DNA of 58,273 bases from a virus (lineage: Duplodnaviria; Caudoviricetes), in IMG/VR virus record IMGVR_UViG_3300029309_000040, positions 1 through 58,273 of that record; one strand, given 5' to 3'. The notes beneath the pieces are model-generated. The model ran no database searches. It was not told the origin of the DNA and saw only the letters and a list, made by a program, of their open reading frames with translations. Made by a program: the position numbers and the translations under genes. Of the stretch, positions 18,014 through 26,718 are shown piece by piece (positions within the stretch are counted from its first letter, which is position 1; each line of letters starts with the position of its first letter).

Positions 18014-18889
18014 ATGTCCGTACTTCTTAGTCTTATCCCTTCAGTCATAGGTACTGGCGTGGGCCTAGCCCAACAGAGCAAGCTGCGCCAAGACCTTGCT
18101 GAAAGGCAGAAGCAAGCTGAGAGTCAGTTCGATCGCAGCCTACAGGCCATCCGCGACATTAGCTTCGACCCTAGCCAAGAGCTGCGTGCAGCACGCATGT
18201 CTCAACTAGAAGCAGGGAGGGCGATTGGGGATATGGCCGCGCAGAGGACTGACGAAGCCCAAGCTAGAGCTATCGCAGCTTTGCGTGACTCCCCGAGGGC
18301 CTTGCAATCAGCAGGGACGAGAGTAATAGACAGCGCTTTGGCTGCACAGCAACAGGCTGATGTAGCTGGGACGCAACAGATTTTGGCTGCAGAGATGGGG
18401 ATGGCGCAAGACGCCGAGCAAGCACGCATGCAAGCGCTGCAGCGAGACCTGTCTTTAGAGCAGATGCTGATGAACAGGGCTGCTCAGGCTGGGGATGCTG
18501 CTCAACAGGGCATCTTCGCTAGCCAAGCGGCTGGCACAGAGGCGATTCAAGCGTTAGGAAATTTGGGCAGTCAGGCTCTACTGCAAGGAGTTGACTTCGA
18601 CGACATCGGTGGGCCGCCAGGATCAGGCAAGGTCACCGACCTAGAGAGTGGAGGTTATATCGGTGAGGAAGGTGGGGTGACTGAAGGGGAGTTTGACCAC
18701 GACACCAACAAGAAAGCCATCATCGACGAGGAGAACGGACAGAAAGAAGGGGAGCTGACAGGTGGGGAGATGGTTCTCAACCCAGAGCAGACCGACGGTA
18801 TTACCACCCTTGTAGAAAAAGGGGATGCCGAGGGATTGCTGATGTTCTTGCGTGACCTCCTCAGCCAACCGCAGTTCGAAGAAGCATGA
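18014..18889 (+). CDS. Internal virion / ejection protein
   Basis: Hydrophobic Gly-rich N-terminus, A/Q-rich coiled coil; -7 box TATTTTTG at 18002-18009. Confidence 0.55.
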   Translation: MSVLLSLIPSVIGTGVGLAQQSKLRQDLAERQKQAESQFDRSLQAIRDISFDPSQELRAARMSQLEAGRAIGDMAAQRTDEAQARAIAALRDSPRALQSAGTRVIDSALAAQQQADVAGTQQILAAEMGMAQDAEQARMQALQRDLSLEQMLMNRAAQAGDAAQQGIFASQAAGTEAIQALGNLGSQALLQGVDFDDIGGPPGSGKVTDLESGGYIGEEGGVTEGEFDHDTNKKAIIDEENGQKEGELTGGEMVLNPEQTDGITTLVEKGDAEGLLMFLRDLLSQPQFEEA

Positions 18890-20472
18890 GCGAGCTACTG
18901 TTTACAGGTCAAGTCCCTATCCCAGATCTAGCTGGGGGGGTGCAGCAGACAAGCCAGATACTGCAGAACGCCCTTACCCTTCGGTCTCGACAGCAAGCTT
19001 TGCAGGCTCAACAAATGAGAGCCACCACAGCGCAGGCATCCAGAACGATGTCTAAGTTGTACGGGAAGGGTTTGGCAAACGTGCATGAGTCTGCCATTCC
19101 TTTTGCACGACAAGCGATTGAGATGACCGCAGAGCGGATTAGACCTCTGTTGATGTTGCCGAATGGAGCTATCGAAGCAGAGCGCATCATGCGCAACACT
19201 TTTGATGCAATAGACAGATACGCGGATAGTGAGGCGTGGCACACGGCGGAACAGAAAGCGGCTGCTTTGATTGACCCAAACTCTCCTGAGTACAAGGCAG
19301 AGGTAAAGGGTATGAAGTTCTTTCGCCCTAACGTAACCCTTGAATCGGTTGCCGCGCAGTCGCGTCGCGCTCGTGGAGGTGACGTCCTAGATATGGCACT
19401 CGACTATCAAGAGGACGGCAACTTTCGTATTGTCGGAACCGATGTAGGTACCGATGGGTTGATTGACATCTCGCAACACAAGTGGTTCAACAATCCCAAC
19501 GAATTTCAATACGGTGTTGTGCCTGTCTCTGTCCGCGATTCTCAAACTATCGGGCAAAAAGAAGGGGAGGAGCACAAGAAGCTGAAGAATAATTCTGCCA
19601 CGGTCAAAGCTTACGTAGAGAAAAATGCTTTTGAAAACGGCACTCTACCCGTAGACTTTGAGGGGTTGCGAGCAGAGGACCCGAAGTTCGAGGTCCGCGT
19701 GAATGCCTTCCTCCGAGACAAGGACGATATTCTAGGAGGGTACCCGAATATGGACCAAGAGGATTTGTTCGCTCTGTATGAGTTCAAAGACCCGATTATG
19801 TTCAGCACCTCTGAGGAAGATGGCCTATCGGCGTTGGGGAGGCGCCTGACTAGATCGGTGCGTGACGAAGCGAAGAGGGAGGCAGAGTTTGCATACTATC
19901 CGCCAGATGATGAAGATGGGGAGAACATCGATAAACTCCGTGAAGACACTTATAACACAGGCTTCAAGTCAGAAGAGGAAGTGCCTAGTCTAGCCTTGCC
20001 TGGTGCGCCAGGGGCTCAGTCGGGCACACGTAATGTCGCCACCTTCCCTCTGCGTACCCTGCAAACCAAAGCCTTTGATGAAATTACGGTAATGGTTCCT
20101 AACCCAGAGTACGACGCTTTCCTAGAAAAGTATGGCAGCGAGGCCGCTTTAGTTGATTTGGCTACTGCAGGTATTCGCGTCCCTGACAAAGAGATAGCTA
20201 GAAAAATCGATGGCCTTACGCTTCGTGAAGACTCTCCGAACCTTATTCAAGTCGACATCTTTGGTAGTGACGAAAAGTACACAATCGATTTAAATGCTGT
20301 TGTTCTTGACGAGCAAGAACGTGAAATCAAAAAAGCCCTATTGGGTGCATTCGATAAGATTGGATTGACCTTCGACGGATTTAGGCAGAAAGCCAATGAA
20401 CTGTGGGGGGTGGATACTGGAGAGCCAACAGAATCTATGCGCCCCATACTTACTGGAAGCCCTAGACAATAA
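18886..20472 (+). CDS. Internal virion / ejection protein
   Basis: Middle of a three-gene block after the tail genes; helical. Confidence 0.5.
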   Translation: MSELLFTGQVPIPDLAGGVQQTSQILQNALTLRSRQQALQAQQMRATTAQASRTMSKLYGKGLANVHESAIPFARQAIEMTAERIRPLLMLPNGAIEAERIMRNTFDAIDRYADSEAWHTAEQKAAALIDPNSPEYKAEVKGMKFFRPNVTLESVAAQSRRARGGDVLDMALDYQEDGNFRIVGTDVGTDGLIDISQHKWFNNPNEFQYGVVPVSVRDSQTIGQKEGEEHKKLKNNSATVKAYVEKNAFENGTLPVDFEGLRAEDPKFEVRVNAFLRDKDDILGGYPNMDQEDLFALYEFKDPIMFSTSEEDGLSALGRRLTRSVRDEAKREAEFAYYPPDDEDGENIDKLREDTYNTGFKSEEEVPSLALPGAPGAQSGTRNVATFPLRTLQTKAFDEITVMVPNPEYDAFLEKYGSEAALVDLATAGIRVPDKEIARKIDGLTLREDSPNLIQVDIFGSDEKYTIDLNAVVLDEQEREIKKALLGAFDKIGLTFDGFRQKANELWGVDTGEPTESMRPILTGSPRQ

Positions 20473-23400
20473 TGGAAGACGAGGATTTTCAGCAGCTCCT
20501 GCTCGATTATGCAGCCACTGCTAATCTGCCGAAGAACAACGGAGACTGGGACGTCATTGACGCCAAGTTTCCTGAGTTAGAAAAGTATGATCGTGATGTT
20601 CTGCACAGCTATGTGTTGACTTACAACCAGGCAAATCAGCCTGACAACATGGAGGATTTAGGCGTCATAAATGCCAAGTTCCCTGAGCTCTTCCCTGTAA
20701 AAAAAAAAGACGAGGCACAGGTCGCACCTTCCGTATCTGTTGCGGATGGGGAGGAAACTTCTGCGGTCTCACCGTCCATATCGGACGCTCCATCCATCGA
20801 CTCGGGTACTCCCGAGCCACTGACGGCTAAGACCCCAGACGAAGTTCCGTTCCAAGAGGTTCAGTTCCTCACGGGGGACTTTGGTAACGCCATCAACAGC
20901 GTCCCATTCCTCGGAGATATCATTGATGATAGCGCGAGAGCTATAGCTCAAGGTAAGCGCCAAGGCAACGTAGTGAACGACGCTCTGTCGGTTATGAGTC
21001 GTGGTGCTGCGGCGTCTGACGAAGACGTCTTGGCCTTGATTGCTGAGGTCCAGCGTATGGAGGAGCTGGGTCCAAGTGAAGAGTTCAACAACTTCCAGAA
21101 GGTAGCGACTGAAGAAGGTGGGGTGTTCGGATTCTTGAAAGCTTTGGCTACGGAACCTCAAGCTGTACCTGAGGTTTTCCTTCAGTCCATGTCGGCCCTT
21201 GTGAACCCAGCCAGTGCAGCAGTAGCCCTTCCGATTGTTTCGGGGGGCGGACTGCTAGGCGGTCCTGGTGGTGCGGCGGCGTCCTTGCCTTACGCTATGG
21301 CTGCGGCAGGGACTACGCTTGAGACGGCATTGACTTTTGCAGAGCTACTGCAAGAGGAAGTAAAAGAGAAGGGGCTGGAGTTTGATCTCGATGGGGTGAA
21401 TGCGGTACTGGACGATACTGAAGCTCTGAATAGAATCCGAAGGAAGTCTGCTGTTCGCGGTGGCGTCATTGGAACTGTCGACGCTCTCACGGGTAGAGTG
21501 TCTACTAAAGTTGCTCAGAAGGCGCTGCTCACTGGATCCAAGGCCAAGGCCGTAGTAAAGACTGGTGCTGTTGAGGCAGTTGGAGGTGGTGTGGGAGAAG
21601 CAACGGGTAGTGCAGCTATCGGCAAGCCCATTGAAGTCGTTGAGGTTGGTCTTGAAATGGCGGGTGGGACTCCTGGTGCTGGGGTGTCTCTAGCCTCGGC
21701 AGCCCTACGACCAGGCAAGTACAAGGTCAACGGTGAGACTGTGGACCGTGCTTTCGTTCAGGACATCTTGAAGAACGCCACTCCAGAGGAGTTGGCCAAC
21801 TTAGAGATTTCTGTTGAGAACGATAAGGACCTGAAGGCTGAGATGCAGGAGCAACAGCTCCGCTCTCAGCTAGCAGAGAATTTGCCGCGCAACTTTAGTG
21901 AAGAAGCCAATGCCGAGCTCTTAGACTTGGAGTACGAGCGTGCTGTCCTAACGGGTAAGCGTGACAGTCGGTCCAAGAAGAAGCGCATTGATGAGATCGA
22001 CGCTCGCATCGACGAGATCTTCGAGTCCGAGAAGATGCGGAAAGCCCAAGAGGCTGGGATGGGCGAATTGCGTGAGACAGGATTGATTGTTGGTGGAGAA
22101 AAGGGCTTTGAGGTTACCAGAACTGTCACCCCCGTCGAGCAGGAGGTCGCGACGATGGAGGGTGGTGAGGTTGCAGGGCAGGAGACAGATATCGGGGCTC
22201 CGCTCCCGCCACCAGAGCCGTCTGGTAAAGCTTTCGAAGCACCGAAGAAAACCAGATACGAAGCCACTCGCGACTTGTTGATCCGAAAATTTCAGGACAA
22301 GTTTATTGATGTGTTCAGGCTTCAGGATGCAGTCACCGCCGCGCGCGGTGATTTAAGTCAGGACCAAGACTTCCGCATGGCGGAGGAGTTGTTCTATGGT
22401 CGGGCTGCCGATAAGATTGAGAAGCTTGAGGGTAAGCTCGAGGATATCACAAGCGGGATGAAAGAGGCTGGCCTTACGATGGACCAGTTCGATGAGTACC
22501 TCTATGCTCGCCACGCTAAAGAGCGGAATTCAAAAATCTTTGAATCTCAGAAGGCTGAAGCTGATAAGCTGAGAAGTAAAGAGAACAAGACCTCTAAGGA
22601 GAAGAATCGCCTCAAGCAGTTGGAGGAACGCATGCGCAACATGGACGGTAGTGGCATGAGTGACGCTGAAGCTGATGCCATCCTTCAGTCCTACGAAAAG
22701 GAGTTCGGGGATATGATCGGGCCCGACCAGAAATCGAGCATCCAAAACCTGCACGACCTAGTGATGGAAATCACGGCGGAGAACCGTGCCTTGGCTGTTG
22801 AGGCAGGACTGATTAGTCAAGAGGAAGCTGACCGCCAGTTTGCCGAGCAACCGAACTATGTGCCACTGCAAGGTTTCGCCGTAGACGAAAGCGGGGCGCA
22901 GACAGGTAGCTCCTACGTTAGCGGTGGGCAGGGCTTTAACGTTCGCGGAAAGGAAGGGAAGAGGGCCAAAGGCAGACAGAGCAAGGCAGCCAATCCATTG
23001 GCCCAGCTTGTCACTAACTCGGCTACCCTGCGCATCCGTGCGGAGCGCAACATGGCGTTGCAGAAACTGCACAACTTGGTAGCGGAAAACCCGAACCCAG
23101 ACGTGTGGACTGTACTTGGCCCAGGTCAAAAGCCTGACCCAACCCGCTCTGTCGGAGTGAAGATTAACGGGGAGGAACACTTCATTCAGTTCGAAAACTC
23201 TGACCATGTAAAATCCCTGAAGGAGATGGGGGTTGAAGACATCGGGATGTTGGGTCGTTTTTTCCGAGGGGCAAACAACTGGTTAAGACGGTCTTTCACA
23301 ACTATCAACCCAGAGTTCGTTCTCACAAACTTCTCTCGCGACATTCAGTCCGCTGTGCTGAACGCCGTCGCTGAAACCGATATTCCTGGTGGGCAAATAT

Positions 23401-24899
23401 CAGGGAGGTCTGACATGGTGCAGAAGATGGTGAAACGCGTGCCGCAAACCCTCAAGGCTCTGATGCAAGAAGAGGTGAGAGGCAAGGACTCTGCTCTGTC
23501 TCAGTACTACGCCGAGTTTAAAGAAGACGGTGGAAAGACGGGATGGGCATACGCTAAAAGTCTAGCACAGAGAAAAACAGAAATCGAAAATTCTCTGCGG
23601 GGAGCTGAGTTCAAAGGCAAAGGTTTTCTGAATCTTCTTGAGGGAGTCAACGACGCAGTAGAGAACAGCATCCGTCTAGCTGCATACATCGAAGCTCGTG
23701 AAGCTGGGGTGACGCGAGAGAAGGCAGCTCAACTCGCGAAGAACATCACTGTAAACTTCAACAAATCAGGTACGCTAGGCCCTGCAGCTAACAGCCTGTT
23801 TCTTTTCTTCAACGCAGCGGTGCAAGGTAGTGCCCGCACCGTTCGGAGTCTGAAGTCCCCCAAAGTGCAAAAAGCTGTAGGGCTGATGACTCTCAGTGCG
23901 GCGATGTTGGATATGGCAAATCGAGGCATGTCTGGGGAAGATGAAGATGGAGTTCTCTGGTACGACAAAATCTCCCCGTACAAGAAAGAGAGAAGCATCA
24001 TCATCATGACGGGGACAGGTCCTGACGACTACGTATCGATTCCTCTACCGTATGGGTTTGGAGCATTCTGGAGTGTCGGAACTGCGATGTCTGCTGTAGC
24101 AAACGAAGCCATGTCCGTCGATCAGGCCTTAGGCTTTACTGCTCGCAGTGTCATCACCAACTTCTCTCCAGTGCAACTGAGTGAGGGTGACAACCCTGAT
24201 GTAAACGCCCTTCGTACTATCACCCCTACCGTTCTTACACCTCTTCTCGATCGGGCAACGAATCAAACTTACTATGGTGGGAAAGTATACAGAGAGCAGT
24301 TTCCAGGTGGCACGCCTAAGCCAGAGTCTGAACTCGCGTATCGCGCTCCGCGCCTTGCCATTGAAGCTGCCCGAGCCGTAAATGTCGCTACTGGTGGTAG
24401 CCCCAACGTGCCAGGCAAGATAGATTACAACCCCGACAAGGATTGGTACACCCTTGATTTTGCGATGGGAAGTGCAGGTAAGACTGCCATTCGAACAGGA
24501 CAACTTGCCAAGGATATAGTGACGGGAGCGCCAATCAAAACTAGGAACGTTCCGTTCGCTCGGGTATTTCTCGGGAGCGCACAGGAAGACGCATACTCTT
24601 ATGACATCGATCGCTTCGAAGCGAACCGAGTAGAGGTCGAGCAGCTATTCAATGAGTTCAAGAGCAAGTCAAAGGAAGATCCTGAAGCGGGCAGATACAC
24701 GGGCATCCCAAAGCTCAAAGGGCAGCTACGTAAAGCTGAGAACCTACTGAAGGTTCAGAGAAAGAAGTTGCGCGACGCTCAGGATATCGAAAACTACGCG
24801 GAGCGATCTGAGGTTATTCAAAACATCCGCGAGGCTCAACGTAAGATTATGATGAACTTCAACAAAGAATATAATCGTGTCAGAAAAGAAAAAGATTAA
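20472..24899 (+). CDS. Large internal virion protein with LPD38-like C-terminal domain
   Basis: NPEFVLTNFSRD, ENSIRLAAY, ITVNFNKSG, FLFFNAAVQG and IPLPYGFG motifs typical of large polyvalent/ejection proteins. Confidence 0.7.
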   Translation: MEDEDFQQLLLDYAATANLPKNNGDWDVIDAKFPELEKYDRDVLHSYVLTYNQANQPDNMEDLGVINAKFPELFPVKKKDEAQVAPSVSVADGEETSAVSPSISDAPSIDSGTPEPLTAKTPDEVPFQEVQFLTGDFGNAINSVPFLGDIIDDSARAIAQGKRQGNVVNDALSVMSRGAAASDEDVLALIAEVQRMEELGPSEEFNNFQKVATEEGGVFGFLKALATEPQAVPEVFLQSMSALVNPASAAVALPIVSGGGLLGGPGGAAASLPYAMAAAGTTLETALTFAELLQEEVKEKGLEFDLDGVNAVLDDTEALNRIRRKSAVRGGVIGTVDALTGRVSTKVAQKALLTGSKAKAVVKTGAVEAVGGGVGEATGSAAIGKPIEVVEVGLEMAGGTPGAGVSLASAALRPGKYKVNGETVDRAFVQDILKNATPEELANLEISVENDKDLKAEMQEQQLRSQLAENLPRNFSEEANAELLDLEYERAVLTGKRDSRSKKKRIDEIDARIDEIFESEKMRKAQEAGMGELRETGLIVGGEKGFEVTRTVTPVEQEVATMEGGEVAGQETDIGAPLPPPEPSGKAFEAPKKTRYEATRDLLIRKFQDKFIDVFRLQDAVTAARGDLSQDQDFRMAEELFYGRAADKIEKLEGKLEDITSGMKEAGLTMDQFDEYLYARHAKERNSKIFESQKAEADKLRSKENKTSKEKNRLKQLEERMRNMDGSGMSDAEADAILQSYEKEFGDMIGPDQKSSIQNLHDLVMEITAENRALAVEAGLISQEEADRQFAEQPNYVPLQGFAVDESGAQTGSSYVSGGQGFNVRGKEGKRAKGRQSKAANPLAQLVTNSATLRIRAERNMALQKLHNLVAENPNPDVWTVLGPGQKPDPTRSVGVKINGEEHFIQFENSDHVKSLKEMGVEDIGMLGRFFRGANNWLRRSFTTINPEFVLTNFSRDIQSAVLNAVAETDIPGGQISGRSDMVQKMVKRVPQTLKALMQEEVRGKDSALSQYYAEFKEDGGKTGWAYAKSLAQRKTEIENSLRGAEFKGKGFLNLLEGVNDAVENSIRLAAYIEAREAGVTREKAAQLAKNITVNFNKSGTLGPAANSLFLFFNAAVQGSARTVRSLKSPKVQKAVGLMTLSAAMLDMANRGMSGEDEDGVLWYDKISPYKKERSIIIMTGTGPDDYVSIPLPYGFGAFWSVGTAMSAVANEAMSVDQALGFTARSVITNFSPVQLSEGDNPDVNALRTITPTVLTPLLDRATNQTYYGGKVYREQFPGGTPKPESELAYRAPRLAIEAARAVNVATGGSPNVPGKIDYNPDKDWYTLDFAMGSAGKTAIRTGQLAKDIVTGAPIKTRNVPFARVFLGSAQEDAYSYDIDRFEANRVEVEQLFNEFKSKSKEDPEAGRYTGIPKLKGQLRKAENLLKVQRKKLRDAQDIENYAERSEVIQNIREAQRKIMMNFNKEYNRVRKEKD

Positions 24900-25326
24900 G
24901 GATACAGCCCTCGGGGCGTGGCTGAGTACGAAGGTGCCAGCCCTAGCAGATAAAGTCGGGGACCTCCTCCCAGAGAGCGGGGTGCTGGGCGTAGTCAAGA
25001 ACCTCGTAGACAAAGAGCCAGGTGTATCTACTGAAGACAAGCTAGAGTTTGAGAAGCTCAAGCAGCAGCAAGAGGTAGAGGCTCAGAAGCAAGTGACTGA
25101 GCGCTGGAAAGCAGACATGGGGAGCGATGTAAAGCTCGCCAAGATGATCCGTCCCGTCACCCTTATCGCACTGATGACGATGTTTATGGTGACGATGGTG
25201 GCAGATAGCATGGACAACTGGGCCTTCAATGTAAAGGACAGCTATGTCGATCTACTGCAGATACTGATGCTTACGGCCTTTGGTGCGTACTTCGCTGGAA
25301 GAACTATCGAGAAGGCTAAGAAGTGA
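24877..25326 (+). CDS. Holin (3TM, GTA-holin-like)
   Basis: VTERWKADMGSD..LAKMIRP, hydrophobic segments, GAYFAGRTIEK C-terminus. Confidence 0.75.
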   Translation: MSEKKKIKDTALGAWLSTKVPALADKVGDLLPESGVLGVVKNLVDKEPGVSTEDKLEFEKLKQQQEVEAQKQVTERWKADMGSDVKLAKMIRPVTLIALMTMFMVTMVADSMDNWAFNVKDSYVDLLQILMLTAFGAYFAGRTIEKAKK

Positions 25327-25329
25327 TTG

Positions 25330-25386
25330 TTAGGCGCTGATGCCGAGGGCGGCAAGGGTCAGCATGAATACGATCAATAGTGTCAT
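25330..25386 (-). CDS. 18-aa hydrophobic peptide MTLLIVFMLTLAALGISA
   Basis: ATG..TAA; own TACCTTTG -7 box (25392-25399) 5 nt upstream; below the ORF-track cutoff. Confidence 0.55.
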   Translation of the reverse strand: MTLLIVFMLTLAALGISA

Positions 25387-25416
25387 ATGTACAAAGGTAC
25401 GTAACATTCCCTTAAC

Positions 25417-25456
25417 ATAAAGGAGGGGGAGTGCCGTTGCACCACCCCCTCTTTAT
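25417..25456. terminator. Long stem-loop, probable bidirectional terminator between converging arms
   Basis: ATAAAGGAGGGGGAGTGC-CGTT-GCACCACCCCCTCTTTAT. Confidence 0.75.
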
Positions 25457-25543
25457 CAATCGAAACTCTACCGAGGAAAAAACACACAAACCTCTTCGTC
25501 CTTGCGGACTAGCTGGGTAGCCAGCTGAACCAAAATCCTGTTA
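25417..25543 (-). ncRNA. Candidate small RNA (~125 nt)
   Basis: TATATTTG box on the minus strand at 25547-25554, three consecutive hairpins, then the terminator; no ORF evident. Confidence 0.5.
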
Positions 25544-25555
25544 GCACAAATATAG

Positions 25556-26071
25556 TCAGCGCTTGAATACGCTACAAACTTTCTTTGTCTCAGGGTGGAT
25601 GTATGTATTGCAGTACCCAACAAGCTGATAGCTATCTAAGGTTTGTAAATCATCAAGCACCAAGTAGGTGATGAGATCGCCCCTGCCCTTTCGGCTGTAA
25701 CACTTCTTGTACGCTTGGCTTTTGCTCACCAGACCATCAAAGTCTACGTGCTCTTTGCAGTAAGCTTTCAACTCCTCTCTGTCAACAACGACAAAAGCAG
25801 CTAGCTCGGGCATGTCAAATGCAATGCTTATAGCCTCACCAAACAACCACCCGTGATTGCCTTTTACGTTCTTCAACTCCACCCAAATCTCGTCAGGGAG
25901 GTTGTTCCCTTTGACATCGACCCCCTGATCGTCGTGCCAATAGTCAATATGCATGTGTCTGTCCTCGTCTCGTGAGGACTTCCTCACCCCAGGGTTGGCA
26001 CGCTCGTACCTTGTGGCGGAGACACCGCCATTACGCCATGACGCTTTCCTTCGTTCTTTACTGGGCTTCAT
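25556..26071 (-). CDS. PD-(D/E)xK-like nuclease
   Basis: HIDYW...VDVKG...IWVELKNVKGNHGWL. Confidence 0.6.
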   Translation of the reverse strand: MKPSKERRKASWRNGGVSATRYERANPGVRKSSRDEDRHMHIDYWHDDQGVDVKGNNLPDEIWVELKNVKGNHGWLFGEAISIAFDMPELAAFVVVDREELKAYCKEHVDFDGLVSKSQAYKKCYSRKGRGDLITYLVLDDLQTLDSYQLVGYCNTYIHPETKKVCSVFKR

Positions 26072-26282
26072 TGTATTGCTTCACTGCCTCTCGGATAAGG
26101 TCAGCTTCAATAAGCATCCATCGCCTGTACTCGCTGATGGTGTCGTAGACTTTGTCAGTGCTAGTTTCGACCGCGCCGCTGCTAGTATGTAATGCTTCAT
26201 ACAGCTCCCTAGACGCTTCTTGCATGCGACTGCAAGCACCGTAGTAGGTTTGGCTCAGGTCTGTTTCCGCACCGTTAGACAT
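26058..26282 (-). CDS. Hypothetical protein
   Basis: ORF overlapping both neighbours in the operon. Confidence 0.6.
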   Translation of the reverse strand: MSNGAETDLSQTYYGACSRMQEASRELYEALHTSSGAVETSTDKVYDTISEYRRWMLIEADLIREAVKQYNEAQ

Positions 26283-26718
26283 CCGAAAGCTTCTTGATAT
26301 CCTCGATCACTTGATCAATTTGCTGTTTGTTTTTTGCAATATAAACAGCACAGGCTTTGTCATTTTCCACTAAGTGATGCAGAAAAAGCTTCCACCGCAT
26401 AGGGAAGTCGTGGTGCGAATGCAAGTACCCCTTGGTCTCTATCACCCAACTCTCGTCCTTAGCTACGAAGTCGGGGGTGTACCTGATGGGGAGCTGAACA
26501 GAGTCTGACCTGTCTGTCAAGTGCTTGCGCTTGGCCGTCATCTTCAAGTACCTGTTCGGATACCTGAACTTATCCATCAGCACATACTCCTTGCCCTCGT
26601 AGTCGAAGTCCAACCCCGCAGCACGCAGTTGGTCGTTGCAATACTTCTCTATCCCACTCTTAAACTTCCCAAGGTTCTTCTTCCGACTCGGCTTCGTCCC
26701 AGCTTTGCGCTTCTTCAT
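26275..26718 (-). CDS. T7 endonuclease I-like Holliday junction resolvase
   Basis: FKSGIE, YE, YTPDF and IETKG motifs. Confidence 0.8.
   Translation of the reverse strand: MKKRKAGTKPSRKKNLGKFKSGIEKYCNDQLRAAGLDFDYEGKEYVLMDKFRYPNRYLKMTAKRKHLTDRSDSVQLPIRYTPDFVAKDESWVIETKGYLHSHHDFPMRWKLFLHHLVENDKACAVYIAKNKQQIDQVIEDIKKLSDV

Noticed and set aside
25400-25550. tRNA gene in the multi-hairpin regions (also 37630-37731)
   Set aside because: No acceptor stem, TTC loop or CCA arrangement could be seen.
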